NCBI GenBank assembly: GCA_963806225.1
Contig: CAWDXG010000001.1
Coordinates: forward strand, 1,568,001 to 1,632,000
Reading direction: 5' to 3'
DNA length: 64,000 nt
From: an uncultured delta proteobacterium
GTDB taxonomy: Bacteria > Myxococcota_A > Polyangia > Polyangiales > Polyangiaceae
The position numbers were made by a program, and so were the translations under genes. The notes below the pieces were generated by a model. That model was not told the DNA's origin. It worked only from the letters and a program-made list of their open reading frames with translations, and did no database searches. Positions 51,401 through 60,562 of this stretch are shown here, in pieces; within the stretch, counting starts at the first letter, position 1, and each line of letters opens with the position of its first letter.

Positions 51401-53213
51401 CGTGCAGCTCTTCCAGTTCCGTGATGGCCTCGTCGTGGCTGCCGGCCGTGAGCGCCCTGAGTGCGACGACCGTGCGCAGCGCACGGGCCGCGTCCGGGTC
51501 GGTCTCGGCGCGCGCCAGCGCGAGCAGCGGCGGCGTCAGCTCCTCTGCGGGTGGAGGCATGCTGGCCGCGGGGACCTCCGCTGCCGACTGCGGGGGTGGG
51601 GCGAGCTCCAGCGAGTACGCGCGCAGCGCGTGCCCCAGCCAGGCGCCGCGCGGGGCCTTGGCCAGCGCCGAAAGCGCGCTTTCCGCCGCCTGCCGATCGC
51701 CGCGCAGCAGCCGCGCGCGCGCGAGCTCGAAGCCCAGGCTCGCGTGCTCCGCGTCGGTCGCGCCGGCCGCCAAAAGCCGCCGCGTGGCTTCCTCGTACCA
51801 GGCGGCGTCGCCTGCCAGTCCCGCCAGCATCCGCGCAACACGCGCCACCACGCCGGGGGACGCGCCGTACATGCCCGCCTGGGAGAGGGCGGCCCTGGCG
51901 CCCTGCACGTCACCTGAAAGCCGGGCCCAGGCGTCGGCCGCGAGCAGGTAGTAGCGGGCCTTGGCCTCGTCGTTCGGCAACTGCTCGGCGCAGGCCTCCA
52001 GAGCGCTCGTCAGTCGCGATGGGTCGTGCCCGCCTGCCAGCAGATCCAGCTCTAGCGCGCGTGCTGGAATGCAGCCCGGGTCCTCGGCGAGCGCCTTGTC
52101 GGCGGCCTCGAGCGCATCCAGGCCGTTGCCCTCCGCGGCGGCGCCTTCGGCTACGCGCAACCACATGGCTGCGGCGCGCGCGCCCTTGGTTCCGCGCTCG
52201 ATTGCGGCCTTCGCGATTCGCGCTGCCGCTGCGGTGTCGCCCGCGGCGTCGGCCGCGCTCATGCGCGCCTGCAGCAGCGACGGGTCGTCGGGCAGCCGCT
52301 CCAGCGCCTGGTCGAGCAGCCTGGTTGCCGCGTCCAGATTGCCCTGGCGCCGCTGGGCTTCGGCTGCACGCAGCAAGGCGTCCGCTGCCGATGCGAGCGT
52401 GCGCTTGTAGCGCGGGATGCCGAGCGCATCCGCTGTCGATGCGTCGTCCAGGGACCTCAGGACCAGCGCCGCCTGCGCTTCGAGTGCGCGGGCGGTCACG
52501 TCGTTGCGGTCTTCGCGTTGACCGAGCTCCTCGAGCGCGGCGAGCGCGAGATAGGTCGCCCCGCTCTTCTGTTCGATGGCGAGATCCAGCGACTCCAGGG
52601 CGGCCTCGGCATCGCCCGCCGCGAGCTGTCCCGAAGCCAGATCCACCAGCAGCAGCGCGCGCCAGGTCGGGTGCTGTGTCAGCCCGGTGCGGGCCGCGAG
52701 TGCCCGCAGCCTGATTGCGTCGTCGCCCAATCTGCCCGCGATGACCTCCAGGGCCAGCCAGCCCGCTGCGTCCTCGGGCCGCTCGGCGACGGCTTCTTCC
52801 AACGTTGCGCGAGCCGCTTCCAGATCCTGCTCCTGGTCGGCCTGGAAGGCGGCCTGGGCCAGAAGCGCGCGCGCTCGCTCCTCCGGTGCATCGGCGACCC
52901 GGACCAGCCGTTCCAGCAGCTTGCCGAGGTTCTTGTAGGATTGTCGCTGCGAGATAATCGCGATCAAGCGCTCGAGCGGCTCGCGGAAATCCGGTTCCAC
53001 ATTGACCGCACCGAGCTGTTCGCGCGCGGCGGCAGCCTCGTCGCCGAGCGCTTCGGACAGCACACCAATCTCGTGCAGCAGGATCGCCTGCGATGCCGAG
53101 GTCGTGGCGGCGTCGTGCTCCGCGCGCAAACGGTTGATCGTCGACGTGATCAGCGCGGGGTCGGGGGGCGCTGCAGATGTGCTGGCGTTCGGCGGTCTGG
53201 AGGTGCTCGACAT
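48426..53213 (-). CDS. Giant cytoplasmic TPR/alpha-solenoid protein (1595 aa)
   Basis: TPR-like repeats (ALENVTMLEPDHVGAL) and a C-terminal domain ending LLGFVLSPSYLAVRERLG. Confidence 0.82.
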   Translation of the reverse strand: MSSTSRPPNASTSAAPPDPALITSTINRLRAEHDAATTSASQAILLHEIGVLSEALGDEAAAAREQLGAVNVEPDFREPLERLIAIISQRQSYKNLGKLLERLVRVADAPEERARALLAQAAFQADQEQDLEAARATLEEAVAERPEDAAGWLALEVIAGRLGDDAIRLRALAARTGLTQHPTWRALLLVDLASGQLAAGDAEAALESLDLAIEQKSGATYLALAALEELGQREDRNDVTARALEAQAALVLRSLDDASTADALGIPRYKRTLASAADALLRAAEAQRRQGNLDAATRLLDQALERLPDDPSLLQARMSAADAAGDTAAAARIAKAAIERGTKGARAAAMWLRVAEGAAAEGNGLDALEAADKALAEDPGCIPARALELDLLAGGHDPSRLTSALEACAEQLPNDEAKARYYLLAADAWARLSGDVQGARAALSQAGMYGASPGVVARVARMLAGLAGDAAWYEEATRRLLAAGATDAEHASLGFELARARLLRGDRQAAESALSALAKAPRGAWLGHALRAYSLELAPPPQSAAEVPAASMPPPAEELTPPLLALARAETDPDAARALRTVVALRALTAGSHDEAITELEELHEGDNSDTVVATALAGVVGAGGDTRRSAEIVSACAAATQDPLLSAAMQMEAGIRYWQTGDRSAAVECFSGAEAAAPASGSALLGWALRAADPDNVESRRRVLESAGDGSGLIELERFALELGKQGDAIQARSSLDAIGPSAAADLSTAAVLARALWLDTQERETRLEALEKLGASSDAARSVCRRAAFQLELEAVRESGQMAPTALAQSARRWAEDDPSPAAALEWLGASVAADDPGSEVDARRALAERLQGEASADMLASATLVAHLSTGRDEALLESEEPAAMLANLELALPGCDPRRRSRALFAVDDTLGDESISLSMALAGWNQLAALDIDGAVDSFRAVIETYPQELIGWEGLRAASAAGGDRATVAEACAALGDIASDDQRGAELWEQAALILIDELDDEERGEFALARAVERDIGRFVSFDRLFRIVRARKDGPRLLELIAARLEVAEDPDEIAKMFWERARVLRAAGDREGALAALENVTMLEPDHVGALALSGEICITTKQFPEAAAKLARLSTLSDAPVKQRLMSGVAAVDLYEKKLGELDKALEVLVSLHHQGLSTLPVRERLARASARAEAWDQATEVLEQLMNERDTKQGRIEAARLAMSIHRDRRQKPEDAVRAAVKLLSEAPGDGEALDLVLADVLPDETALPLVERGRDALVEKSTREPLDAETVDRLARIAGKLENAPLRQAALGVLVALGEGTRQIDGELAVLDQRVARLPQIAIDESALPELCDPDDSGPIPRLVRELAPTIAEALGPGLATFGVGKRERVDPRSGLPIRNDVAAWAGALGLGDFDLYIGGSEPNAVYGVATERPALVLGTGVAAPLAPYHRQLVARELFALRRGTTILRHRPPTDVAALIVAACRLAGVEVPSPHYAMLGEFERQLGKEMSRRVRRMLPELAQPVAEAGQDLLAWVQAATSSLDRLAAVAAGDVSHVLADGPGSRGQIGASVDAQERAQRLLGFVLSPSYLAVRERLGMGVR

Positions 53214-53280
53214 GCGCTTCGGGTGACGCGGCTCCCTGGCGACTCTAGGCCACTGCGGGCCTCATGCCTAGGCGCTCTGG

Positions 53281-53850
53281 TCAGTCATTGCGGCGGACGA
53301 TCCAGTAGCCGCGGGGCGTATCGATCGGCTTTTCATACACATGCCCCTTCGGCAGCGTGAAAAGGATGTACTGGGCCGCGGGTTCGAGAACGCCCCGCGG
53401 GATATGACCGGCGTCAGCAGTGGAGCCCGGGTCGCCATGCTTGACCGCATCATCGAAGTCCTTCTTGGCCAGCTCGATGAGCTTCTCGGCGCGCTCGCGG
53501 GCCTTCTGCTTGCTCGGCGCACTCTTGGGGGCTGACTGCGCGCCTTCGTAGGCGAACAGGATAGCTCCGAAGCCGACGCTCTTGGGGGCCGTGGCTGGAA
53601 GCGGAGGAACCGGCTTGCCGTTCGGAAGCAGGTTGAACCCGCCGGCATCCGCCGACCCTCCGCCGGTGGTCCCGGTTGCCTCGGCACCGGCATCGGCCGC
53701 CGTGAGGGCGGGTGGAGGCGTGGCCGAGGGCTGCGTGGAAGCTGACTCTACAGGCGGTGGTGTCACTACCGGCCCGCGGGCCTGGAGCAGGACCACGACG
53801 ATTGCCGCGGCGAACAACGCACCGAACGCCGCGAAGGTCCACCTCTGCAT
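53281..53850 (-). CDS. Membrane-anchored parvulin/PpiC-like protein (degenerate active site)
   Basis: N-terminal TM and parvulin pattern ILFAYEGA..SKQKARERA..DFDDAV..DAGHIPRG..IDTPRGYWIVRR. Confidence 0.75.
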   Translation of the reverse strand: MQRWTFAAFGALFAAAIVVVLLQARGPVVTPPPVESASTQPSATPPPALTAADAGAEATGTTGGGSADAGGFNLLPNGKPVPPLPATAPKSVGFGAILFAYEGAQSAPKSAPSKQKARERAEKLIELAKKDFDDAVKHGDPGSTADAGHIPRGVLEPAAQYILFTLPKGHVYEKPIDTPRGYWIVRRND

Positions 53851-53966
53851 TCCGGCGTTGTCGCGTACCACGGATCGGCGCGGGGGCGCGATGGATTCCG
53901 GGTCGGGCAGGCCCGCACAATGGGCGACAAGGTCGGTGTTCACCTGCTAATACACGCAGAGTCGCG

Positions 53967-56900
53967 ATGTTCAAGGTCGAGTGCCCAGGTTGCAAGGCTC
54001 CGTACCAGGTCGACGAACGGCGCGTGCCTTCCACGGGGCTCAAGATGCGATGCCCGAAGTGCGGGACATCGTTCCAGGTCGAACCTCCGGCGGCCGATCC
54101 GACGACGAACGGGTCCCAGTCCGGTGTTGGGCGCTTCGCTCGAAGCGCCATCGGCTCCGGTCGCACCGCCCCGGAAGGCGCCGACTCCGAAACGGCCGCA
54201 CAAGGCGACGATGCTCGGTGTCGCTGCGCCCGGCGGCTCGAGTGATGATCCGTATGGGGAAATCGATCTCCCCACTGTTGGGCAGCCGCGCCCCAGGCCT
54301 TCGCCGGCCGCAGCCGATGTCGGTCGACCCGCACCTCCGCGTCCTCCGCCGCGTCCAGGCCCGCCGCGTCCAGGCCCGCCGCGTCCAGGCCCGCCGCGTC
54401 CAGGTGCCGCGGCCAATCCCGATGCGGATCTCCCCGCGCCGCTGGGTGCCCGCCCGCCGGCGCCTGCTGCGCCCGCCGCGCAGCCTGCGGCGCCTCCGGC
54501 GCAGCCGGGTCCAGATCCTGCCGAGCTCGACTTCGGCGAGCTCGATCTGCCTGCGCCTGTAGGTGCGTCCCCCGCGCAGACGGACGGAGCACCGGCGCCC
54601 TCTGGTGACTTCGGCGAGATCGATCTGCCAGCGCCGGCGGGCGGCGCGCAGGCTCCGCAGGCATCCTCCGGCTTCGGCGAGATCGATCTACCGGCGCCCG
54701 CAGCTGGCACGCCGCCGCCCGCGGGAGGCTTCGGCGAGGTCGATCTACCCGCGCCCGCCGGCGCGGGCGGTCCCGCCTTCGGCGAGATCGATCTGCCGGC
54801 GGTCCCTGGAGGCGCCCCAGCTCCTGCAGCGGCGAAGCCACAGGTAGGTGGCGGGAGGTTCGGCGAGATCGATCTTCCCTCCCTGTCCGCCGAGCTACCC
54901 GCGGTTTCCGGCGACCTGCCGTCGCCGGGCGGGGATCTGCCCGCCGCAGCCGGGGATCTGCCCGCCATAGCTGGGGATCTGCCCGCCGCGGCGGGGGAAC
55001 TGCCTGCTCCGGCGGGGGCTCTGCCCGTACCGGCATCGGCTCTTCCAGCACCGGCAGCCGGCCTGCCCCAACCCGGAGGCAATCTGCCCGCCGCGGCCGG
55101 TGGACTGCCTGCGCGCGGAGGTAGCTTCGGCGAGCTGGAGCTGCCGCTCGTCGGGGGCATCGGAGCCTCGCCGCCAATTCCGCAGGTGGAGCCGACGGGT
55201 TCCGATCCGTTCGCTTCGTCGCTGCCTCCACCTCCCGAGTCGTCGCCCCAGGCGGTGTCGTCGGAAGGCGTCGTGCGCGCGAGCGGCGGTGGCGTGAGCT
55301 ACGGCGAGGTCAACCTCGAAGGCGGGGACGAGGGTGCCGAGGTCAGTCTCGACGGTCCACCCCACTCGGGACGCCAGGCCGACGACGACATGGAGTTCGG
55401 CGCCATCCCGCAGGAGCACGACAGCGGGCCGGCTGCTTCCACCCCGGGCTCGCCGGATTTGCAGGTGCCGGTGGCGGTGGCAGGTCCGCGGGCGCCTGCG
55501 CAGATCGAGCTCCCGCGTCCGCGACGCCGCGGCCTTCGCATCACCATCGGCGTGATCGCGCTGCTGCTGGTCGGCGGTGGTGCCCTGGCACTGGTCCCGA
55601 CGCTCGGTCCCTTCGGCGCGTACTGGATCATGGATCAGGTCAACGCCGGCAAGTACCGCCAGCTCACTGCGAGCACCGTCGCGAAGGCGCGGTCCGATCT
55701 TTCCACGGACACCGCGCCTGCGGCGGCGAAGGCCGAGCGGTCCGTCGAGCACGCCCGCGCGCAGGCGAAGCGCGTCAAGGCGCTCGCCGCATACGCCGCG
55801 TATGTCGGCTACGCGCGGGAACTGCGCTTCGGTGACCAATCCGAAGTCGAGGCGCGAGCGAAGGTGCAGCTCAAGGAGCTATCGGAAGAGCACGACGTCG
55901 AGTATCTCGAGCTCGCCCGCGCCGCCCAGGCCGCGGAGCAGGGACAGCTGGCGCGTGCCCGCCAGAGCCTGCAGAAGATCGCCGCGAAGCGTCCGCGCGA
56001 TATCGATGTGGAGGTGACGTTGGGCGAGATCGCGCTGCGCGCACGCGAGCCGAAGACAGCGCTTCTGGCGTGGCAGAAGGCGCTCGCGATCGAGAAGAGC
56101 GCCCGCACCTTCTACGGATTGGCCCGCGCCCAGTTCGCCTCCGGCGACTTCGAGGGCGCGCGGAAGTCCGCCGAGCAGGCCTTGAAGCGGAGCCCGGGGC
56201 ACGTCGGCGCGCGAGTGCTGTTGGCGCGATTTGCCTGGCGGAAGGGCAGGAACGAAGCGCGGGCTACGAAGCTCCTGACCGAGGTCGTGAAGGACAAACA
56301 GGGCGCCAGTGACGACGAGATCGTGGCCGCGCAGACGCTGCTCGGCGACATCGATCTGGCGCGCTCCCGCATCTCGCACGCCGAGACGGCGTACGGCGAA
56401 GCGCTCCAGATCGATCCCAAGGCCGCCGGAGCGCTCCGCGGTCTGGGCGATGCGCTCTACCGGGCCGGACGTTATTCGGAAGCGCTCGCACGCTTCGAAG
56501 CTGCGACCCAGGCCGATCCCGATGACATCCCGTCGAAGGTCGGTGTCGCGAAGACGAAGATCGCGCTCGAGCGACTGCAGGACGCGCGCGAGATGATGAA
56601 GAAGCTCCGCGAGGCGCATCCGAAGTCGATGCTCGTCGCCTATTGGTACGGCAAGGCGCAGGAAGCGCTCGGTTCGCGCAAGGAAGCGGAACAGGGCTAC
56701 CGTGCAGCGATCGCCAATGCCGGCAAGAACCCGGATGCGGTGGACGCCTACGTCGCGCTCGCGATGCTGCTCGGCCAGCAGGGACGCAACGACGAGGCGA
56801 CGAAGACCCTCGACGAAGCGCGGAAGAAGCTGCCGGATTCGCCCGCGATCCACAAAGCGATGGGCAAGCTGGCGCTGTCGCAGGGGCGTTACGATCTAGC

Positions 56901-57942
56901 CGCCGCGGAGTTCCGCAAGGCACTTGAGCTCGACCCGGACGATGTGAGTGCGAAGTTCCAGTTGGCCATCGCGCTGAGGCAGAGCCGGCATTTCGACGAG
57001 GCGAGCAAGCTGTTCGATGCCGTTGCCAAGGTGGACCGCGACTACCCCGGCCTCGCGCTGGAACGCGGACTCCTCTACGAAGCGTCGGGACGGACGGAAG
57101 AAGCGCTCAAGGCCTACGAGTCGGCGCTGGCCAAGGCGCCCAACGATCTCGATCTGATGCTGCGCGTCGGTTGCGGAAAGGTCGCCGCGGGCCGCGCGAA
57201 GGAAGCGGAAAAGCTCCTGCGCAAGGTGCTGGGTCAGCGCCCCAATTCCGCCGAGACGAACCATTGCCTTGGGCGGGCGCTGCTTGTCGAGGGCACGAAC
57301 CTGGCACAGGCGCTCAAGACCCTGCAGCGTGCCGTGGAGCTCGACCCGAACCGTGCCGAGTACTGGCTGTATGTGGGCTGGGCCGCGAACGAGGCCGGGC
57401 GCGTGCAGACGGCCGAGAAGGCCCTGCAGAAGGCTCTCGACATCGACCAGAACCTGGCCGACGCCTACTGGCAGAGAGGGGTTCTGCGCTATCGCCAGGG
57501 CGCCGTGAAGGATGCCATCAAGGATCTCGACAAGGCCCTCGAGCTCAGGCCCAGCCGCAACGAAGCGCACGCGGCGCTTGCGGACTCGTACTACGACCTC
57601 GGCCGCACTGCCGACGCCATGAGCGAGTGGCAGAAGGCCACCGCCGCCCAGCCCGACAACGCCACGTGGCACTTCCGCTACGGCAAACTGCTCGAGCAGA
57701 ACCACAAGGACGCCGAGGCGCAGCAGCAGCTGGGCAAGGCGGTCGAGCTCGGCGAGCAGATGGACGACAAGCCGCGCTGGTTGTGGGAGGCGCACTATCT
57801 CCTGGCACGCGCCATCGGTCCGCACAAGGAGGCAGCCAAGCATTGGGAAGCCTTCCTGCGCACCGGGCCGCGCGACTCGCCCTATCGTGCCGAGGCGAAG
57901 GCCGCCCTTGCCAAGCTGGGGCGCCCCTGGCAGGGCGGTTGA
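53967..57942 (+). CDS. Zinc-ribbon + low-complexity repeat linker + TM + periplasmic TPR protein (one frameshift ~54108)
   Basis: MFKVECPGCKAPYQVDERRVP.TGLKMRCPKCGTSF (MJ0042-type finger). The +1 frame continues through repeats, a TM (ITIGVIALLLVGGG) and many TPRs. Confidence 0.85.
54346..54405. repeat. 15-bp tandem repeat x4 encoding PPRPG
   Basis: CCGCCGCGTCCAGG(C/T) repeated four times. Confidence 0.9.
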
Positions 57943-58917
57943 TCAACCGCCGCTCGCGCGCGCTGCCGGGTCGCGACAGCAGCGGAAGCCGGTCGAGTAG
58001 TCGTGGTAGCTCGGCTGGTGGCCGATGGTGACGAATCCGCAGCCGTTTCCGTGTTCATCGCGCGTGCTGTAGAAACCGCCCATGAACACCCCGTGCCCCG
58101 CCTGGCGGTCCAGCCGCGCGAGCAGCGCGTGCGAGACAGGCACGACGGACGAGGCCGTGGGCTCGATGGTGTCCGACACCCACTCGTGCAGGTTTCCCAC
58201 CATGTCGTAGAGCCCTGCATCGGTGACGCATCGGCTGTAGGCGCCGGTGTGTGCCAGGAAGCCCGGGACTTGATCCAGGCGTGGATCGTTGAACGCGTAG
58301 CGGTAGCTCCACAGCCCTGGACTTTCACCATGGAACCGTCCGAGGAGGTGGGGCTTGCCCGAATTGCAGACGCCGGCGTGTTCGCGCGGCCCGTAGGGAT
58401 AGGCTGTGCGGTGGCCGCCACGACAGGCGCTGAACCACTCACGCAGCGTGCACAGGCGCTTGTGCGCCGCCAGACAGGCCGCCGCGGATTCGAACCGATT
58501 GACGTATGCCTGGGGGAAGACGCCGGCGCGCGACCGCGCCACATAGGTGACGCCCGACCGCGGCCGCTCGTACCAGAGGTGCACGTGGATGCTGCCGGCA
58601 GCTCCGCGCACGACGAGCTGGTCCTCGTAGCGATCGACGCACACCGGGCCCGCGAGGACCATTTCCGTCGGGCACGGGCCTCCGGAGCGCGAGGCGTCGT
58701 TCGCCGGGGCTGCTGCGGAAGGGCGGGGTGCCGTGGTCCTCGCGTGCGGCGGGGGAGCCGGGGAAGGCGCGGGAGACGCCGCCGGCGCCGGGCCCGCCTT
58801 CTGGGAAGCGGTTCTGTGCGCATGCCGACAGCCTGGCGCAGCGGGCGCGGCCAGCAGCGCCACGGAGATGGCGAAAACCCTCTCCGCGAACGCGCGTGGG
58901 TGCGGGCGCGCGGTCAT
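57943..58917 (-). CDS. FGE-sulfatase (SUMF1/EgtB/PvdO) domain exported protein, probable lipoprotein
   Basis: CPTEMV, CVDRYE, KRLCTLREW..AC, YPYG, GLYDMVGNLHEW, GFRCC. Confidence 0.85.
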   Translation of the reverse strand: MTARPHPRAFAERVFAISVALLAAPAAPGCRHAHRTASQKAGPAPAASPAPSPAPPPHARTTAPRPSAAAPANDASRSGGPCPTEMVLAGPVCVDRYEDQLVVRGAAGSIHVHLWYERPRSGVTYVARSRAGVFPQAYVNRFESAAACLAAHKRLCTLREWFSACRGGHRTAYPYGPREHAGVCNSGKPHLLGRFHGESPGLWSYRYAFNDPRLDQVPGFLAHTGAYSRCVTDAGLYDMVGNLHEWVSDTIEPTASSVVPVSHALLARLDRQAGHGVFMGGFYSTRDEHGNGCGFVTIGHQPSYHDYSTGFRCCRDPAARASGG

Positions 58918-58963
58918 CTCCTTTCCACTATGGATCGACAGAAGGCTCTGGGCCCGGACCTGC

Positions 58964-59001
58964 TTGACAGATTTCTGTAAACGATTAACAGCTTCTGTAA
59001 A
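58964..59001. promoter_or_regulatory. Tandem imperfect palindromes, candidate operator of the ScfR-family regulator
   Basis: TTGACAGATTTCTGTAAA (58964-58981) and TTAACAGCTTCTGTAAA (58985-59001) in an AT-rich divergent intergenic region. Confidence 0.65.
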
Positions 59002-59014
59002 CAAGAGGCTATCG

Positions 59015-60556
59015 ATGCCCCGGATCCCCCAGAACCGCACCCTGAACGCATCGGCGGGGCGGCGCCTGCGCGAGCTCCGGCTCGAGCGGGGCCACTCCCA
59101 GGCGGAGTTCGCCAGGCGACTCGACATCTCGCCGGCGTACCTGAATCTGATCGAGAAGGGGCGCCGCACCCTGCAGCTGCCGCTTCTGTGGAAGGCGCTC
59201 GAGCTGCTCGACGCGGACCCGGAGCCGTTCATCTCCAGCCTGGGCGAACAACCCGTGCAGGAGAGTCTTGCGCAGCTGCTGGATGAACCGCTGCTGCGTT
59301 CGCTGAACCTCGACAAGGACGCGCTCGCGTCGCTCAGCGCCGAGCCGCGCGCCGTCACCACGATCACGACGCTGTTCAACCTGTACAAGAACACGCGCGG
59401 GCAACTCGACAACCTGATTGGCCTGGTTTCCCGACGCGAGGCCGACCGCAAGGCCCGCGCGTCCCTGGCGGGGCGATCCGGGATTGCCGACTCGTCGCTG
59501 CGCTATGACTACTCGCCGCTCGACGAGGTTGCCGACTTCGTGCAGGAGAGCGACAACTACTTTCCGGCTATCGAAGAAGCTGCTTCGGGCGTGCGGCGCG
59601 ACTTCCATCTCGAGCGCCGCGTGCTGAGCGACCAGCTCACACGGGTACTGTCTGGGCTGGGCGTGAAGACGAGCGTGCGGCGCGAGCAGAGCGGAACCAG
59701 CGTGGTGCGTCGCTACGATCCGGACGCAGGTCAACTCGAGATCTCGAGCGAACTCAGCGAAGCGCGGCGCAAATTCGATCTAGCCCATATCATCGGGCTG
59801 CGCGTGCTCGAGGAACGTGGGCTCTTCGACCGCATCACGAAGACCTTCGAGGCGCGCCATCCGGAGACGCTCACGCTGAGCAAGGTGCACCTGGCGAACT
59901 ACTTCGCGGGCGCGATGCTGATGCCCTACGCCGACTTCTTCGACGAGGCGCAGCGCTGTCGTTACGACGTGGATCGGCTCGCGGATCTGTTCGAGATGAA
60001 CTACGAGGCGGCCGCGCACCGCCTGACCAATCTGAGCGATCCCAAGCGGCGCGGCGTACCGATGCACTTCATGCGCGTCGACATCGCCGGCAATCTGTCC
60101 AAGCGCTATTCGAAAACCGGACTCACGTTTCCCAGCGGGCTCGGCTCCTGCCCGAAATGGGTCGCGCACACGGCGTTCCTCACGCCGAGCGTGGTTTCCA
60201 AGCAGTTCAGCGTGATGCCCGACGGCGCGGCGTACTTCTGCTTTGCGCGGATCACCACGGCGCCCAAGCGGGGTTCGCTGGTGAAAGGGACCGTCTACTC
60301 GATCGGTCTCGGCACCCAGGCCGAGGATGCCCATCATCTGACATTTGCGGACGACCAGCCCCGCTGGGCGCCCGAGCGAGCGGAACGTATCGGCGTGCCA
60401 GTGGGCATCACCTGCCGCTTCTGCGAGCGCACGGATTGCAACCAGCGCGCGGCGCCGAGCTACCGCTTCGCCTTCAGTCCCGACGAGTACGTCAAGAAGG
60501 ACAACTTCTTCTCGCCCATCCTCGAGAGCGAAAGCGGCAGGCCCCGGCGCAGCTGA
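59015..60556 (+). CDS. ScfR-family (RamB/PrpR/PccR) XRE transcriptional regulator
   Basis: HTH SQAEFARRLDISPAYLNLIE, NYF, LANYFAGAMLMPY, AHRLTNL, RVDIAGNLSKR, GSCPKW, CRFCERTDCNQRA. Confidence 0.92.
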   Translation: MPRIPQNRTLNASAGRRLRELRLERGHSQAEFARRLDISPAYLNLIEKGRRTLQLPLLWKALELLDADPEPFISSLGEQPVQESLAQLLDEPLLRSLNLDKDALASLSAEPRAVTTITTLFNLYKNTRGQLDNLIGLVSRREADRKARASLAGRSGIADSSLRYDYSPLDEVADFVQESDNYFPAIEEAASGVRRDFHLERRVLSDQLTRVLSGLGVKTSVRREQSGTSVVRRYDPDAGQLEISSELSEARRKFDLAHIIGLRVLEERGLFDRITKTFEARHPETLTLSKVHLANYFAGAMLMPYADFFDEAQRCRYDVDRLADLFEMNYEAAAHRLTNLSDPKRRGVPMHFMRVDIAGNLSKRYSKTGLTFPSGLGSCPKWVAHTAFLTPSVVSKQFSVMPDGAAYFCFARITTAPKRGSLVKGTVYSIGLGTQAEDAHHLTFADDQPRWAPERAERIGVPVGITCRFCERTDCNQRAAPSYRFAFSPDEYVKKDNFFSPILESESGRPRRS

Positions 60557-60562
60557 GGCGGC

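Noticed and set aside
54250..55120. Regularly spaced TTCGGCGAGATCGATCT repeats resembling a CRISPR array
   Set aside because: The repeats are in frame, vary at synonymous positions, encode FGEIDLP, and no cas genes are nearby.
57943..58917. True formylglycine-generating enzyme or DGR target
   Set aside because: The catalytic CxxxxC of FGE is not evident, and no reverse transcriptase or template repeat is in the window.
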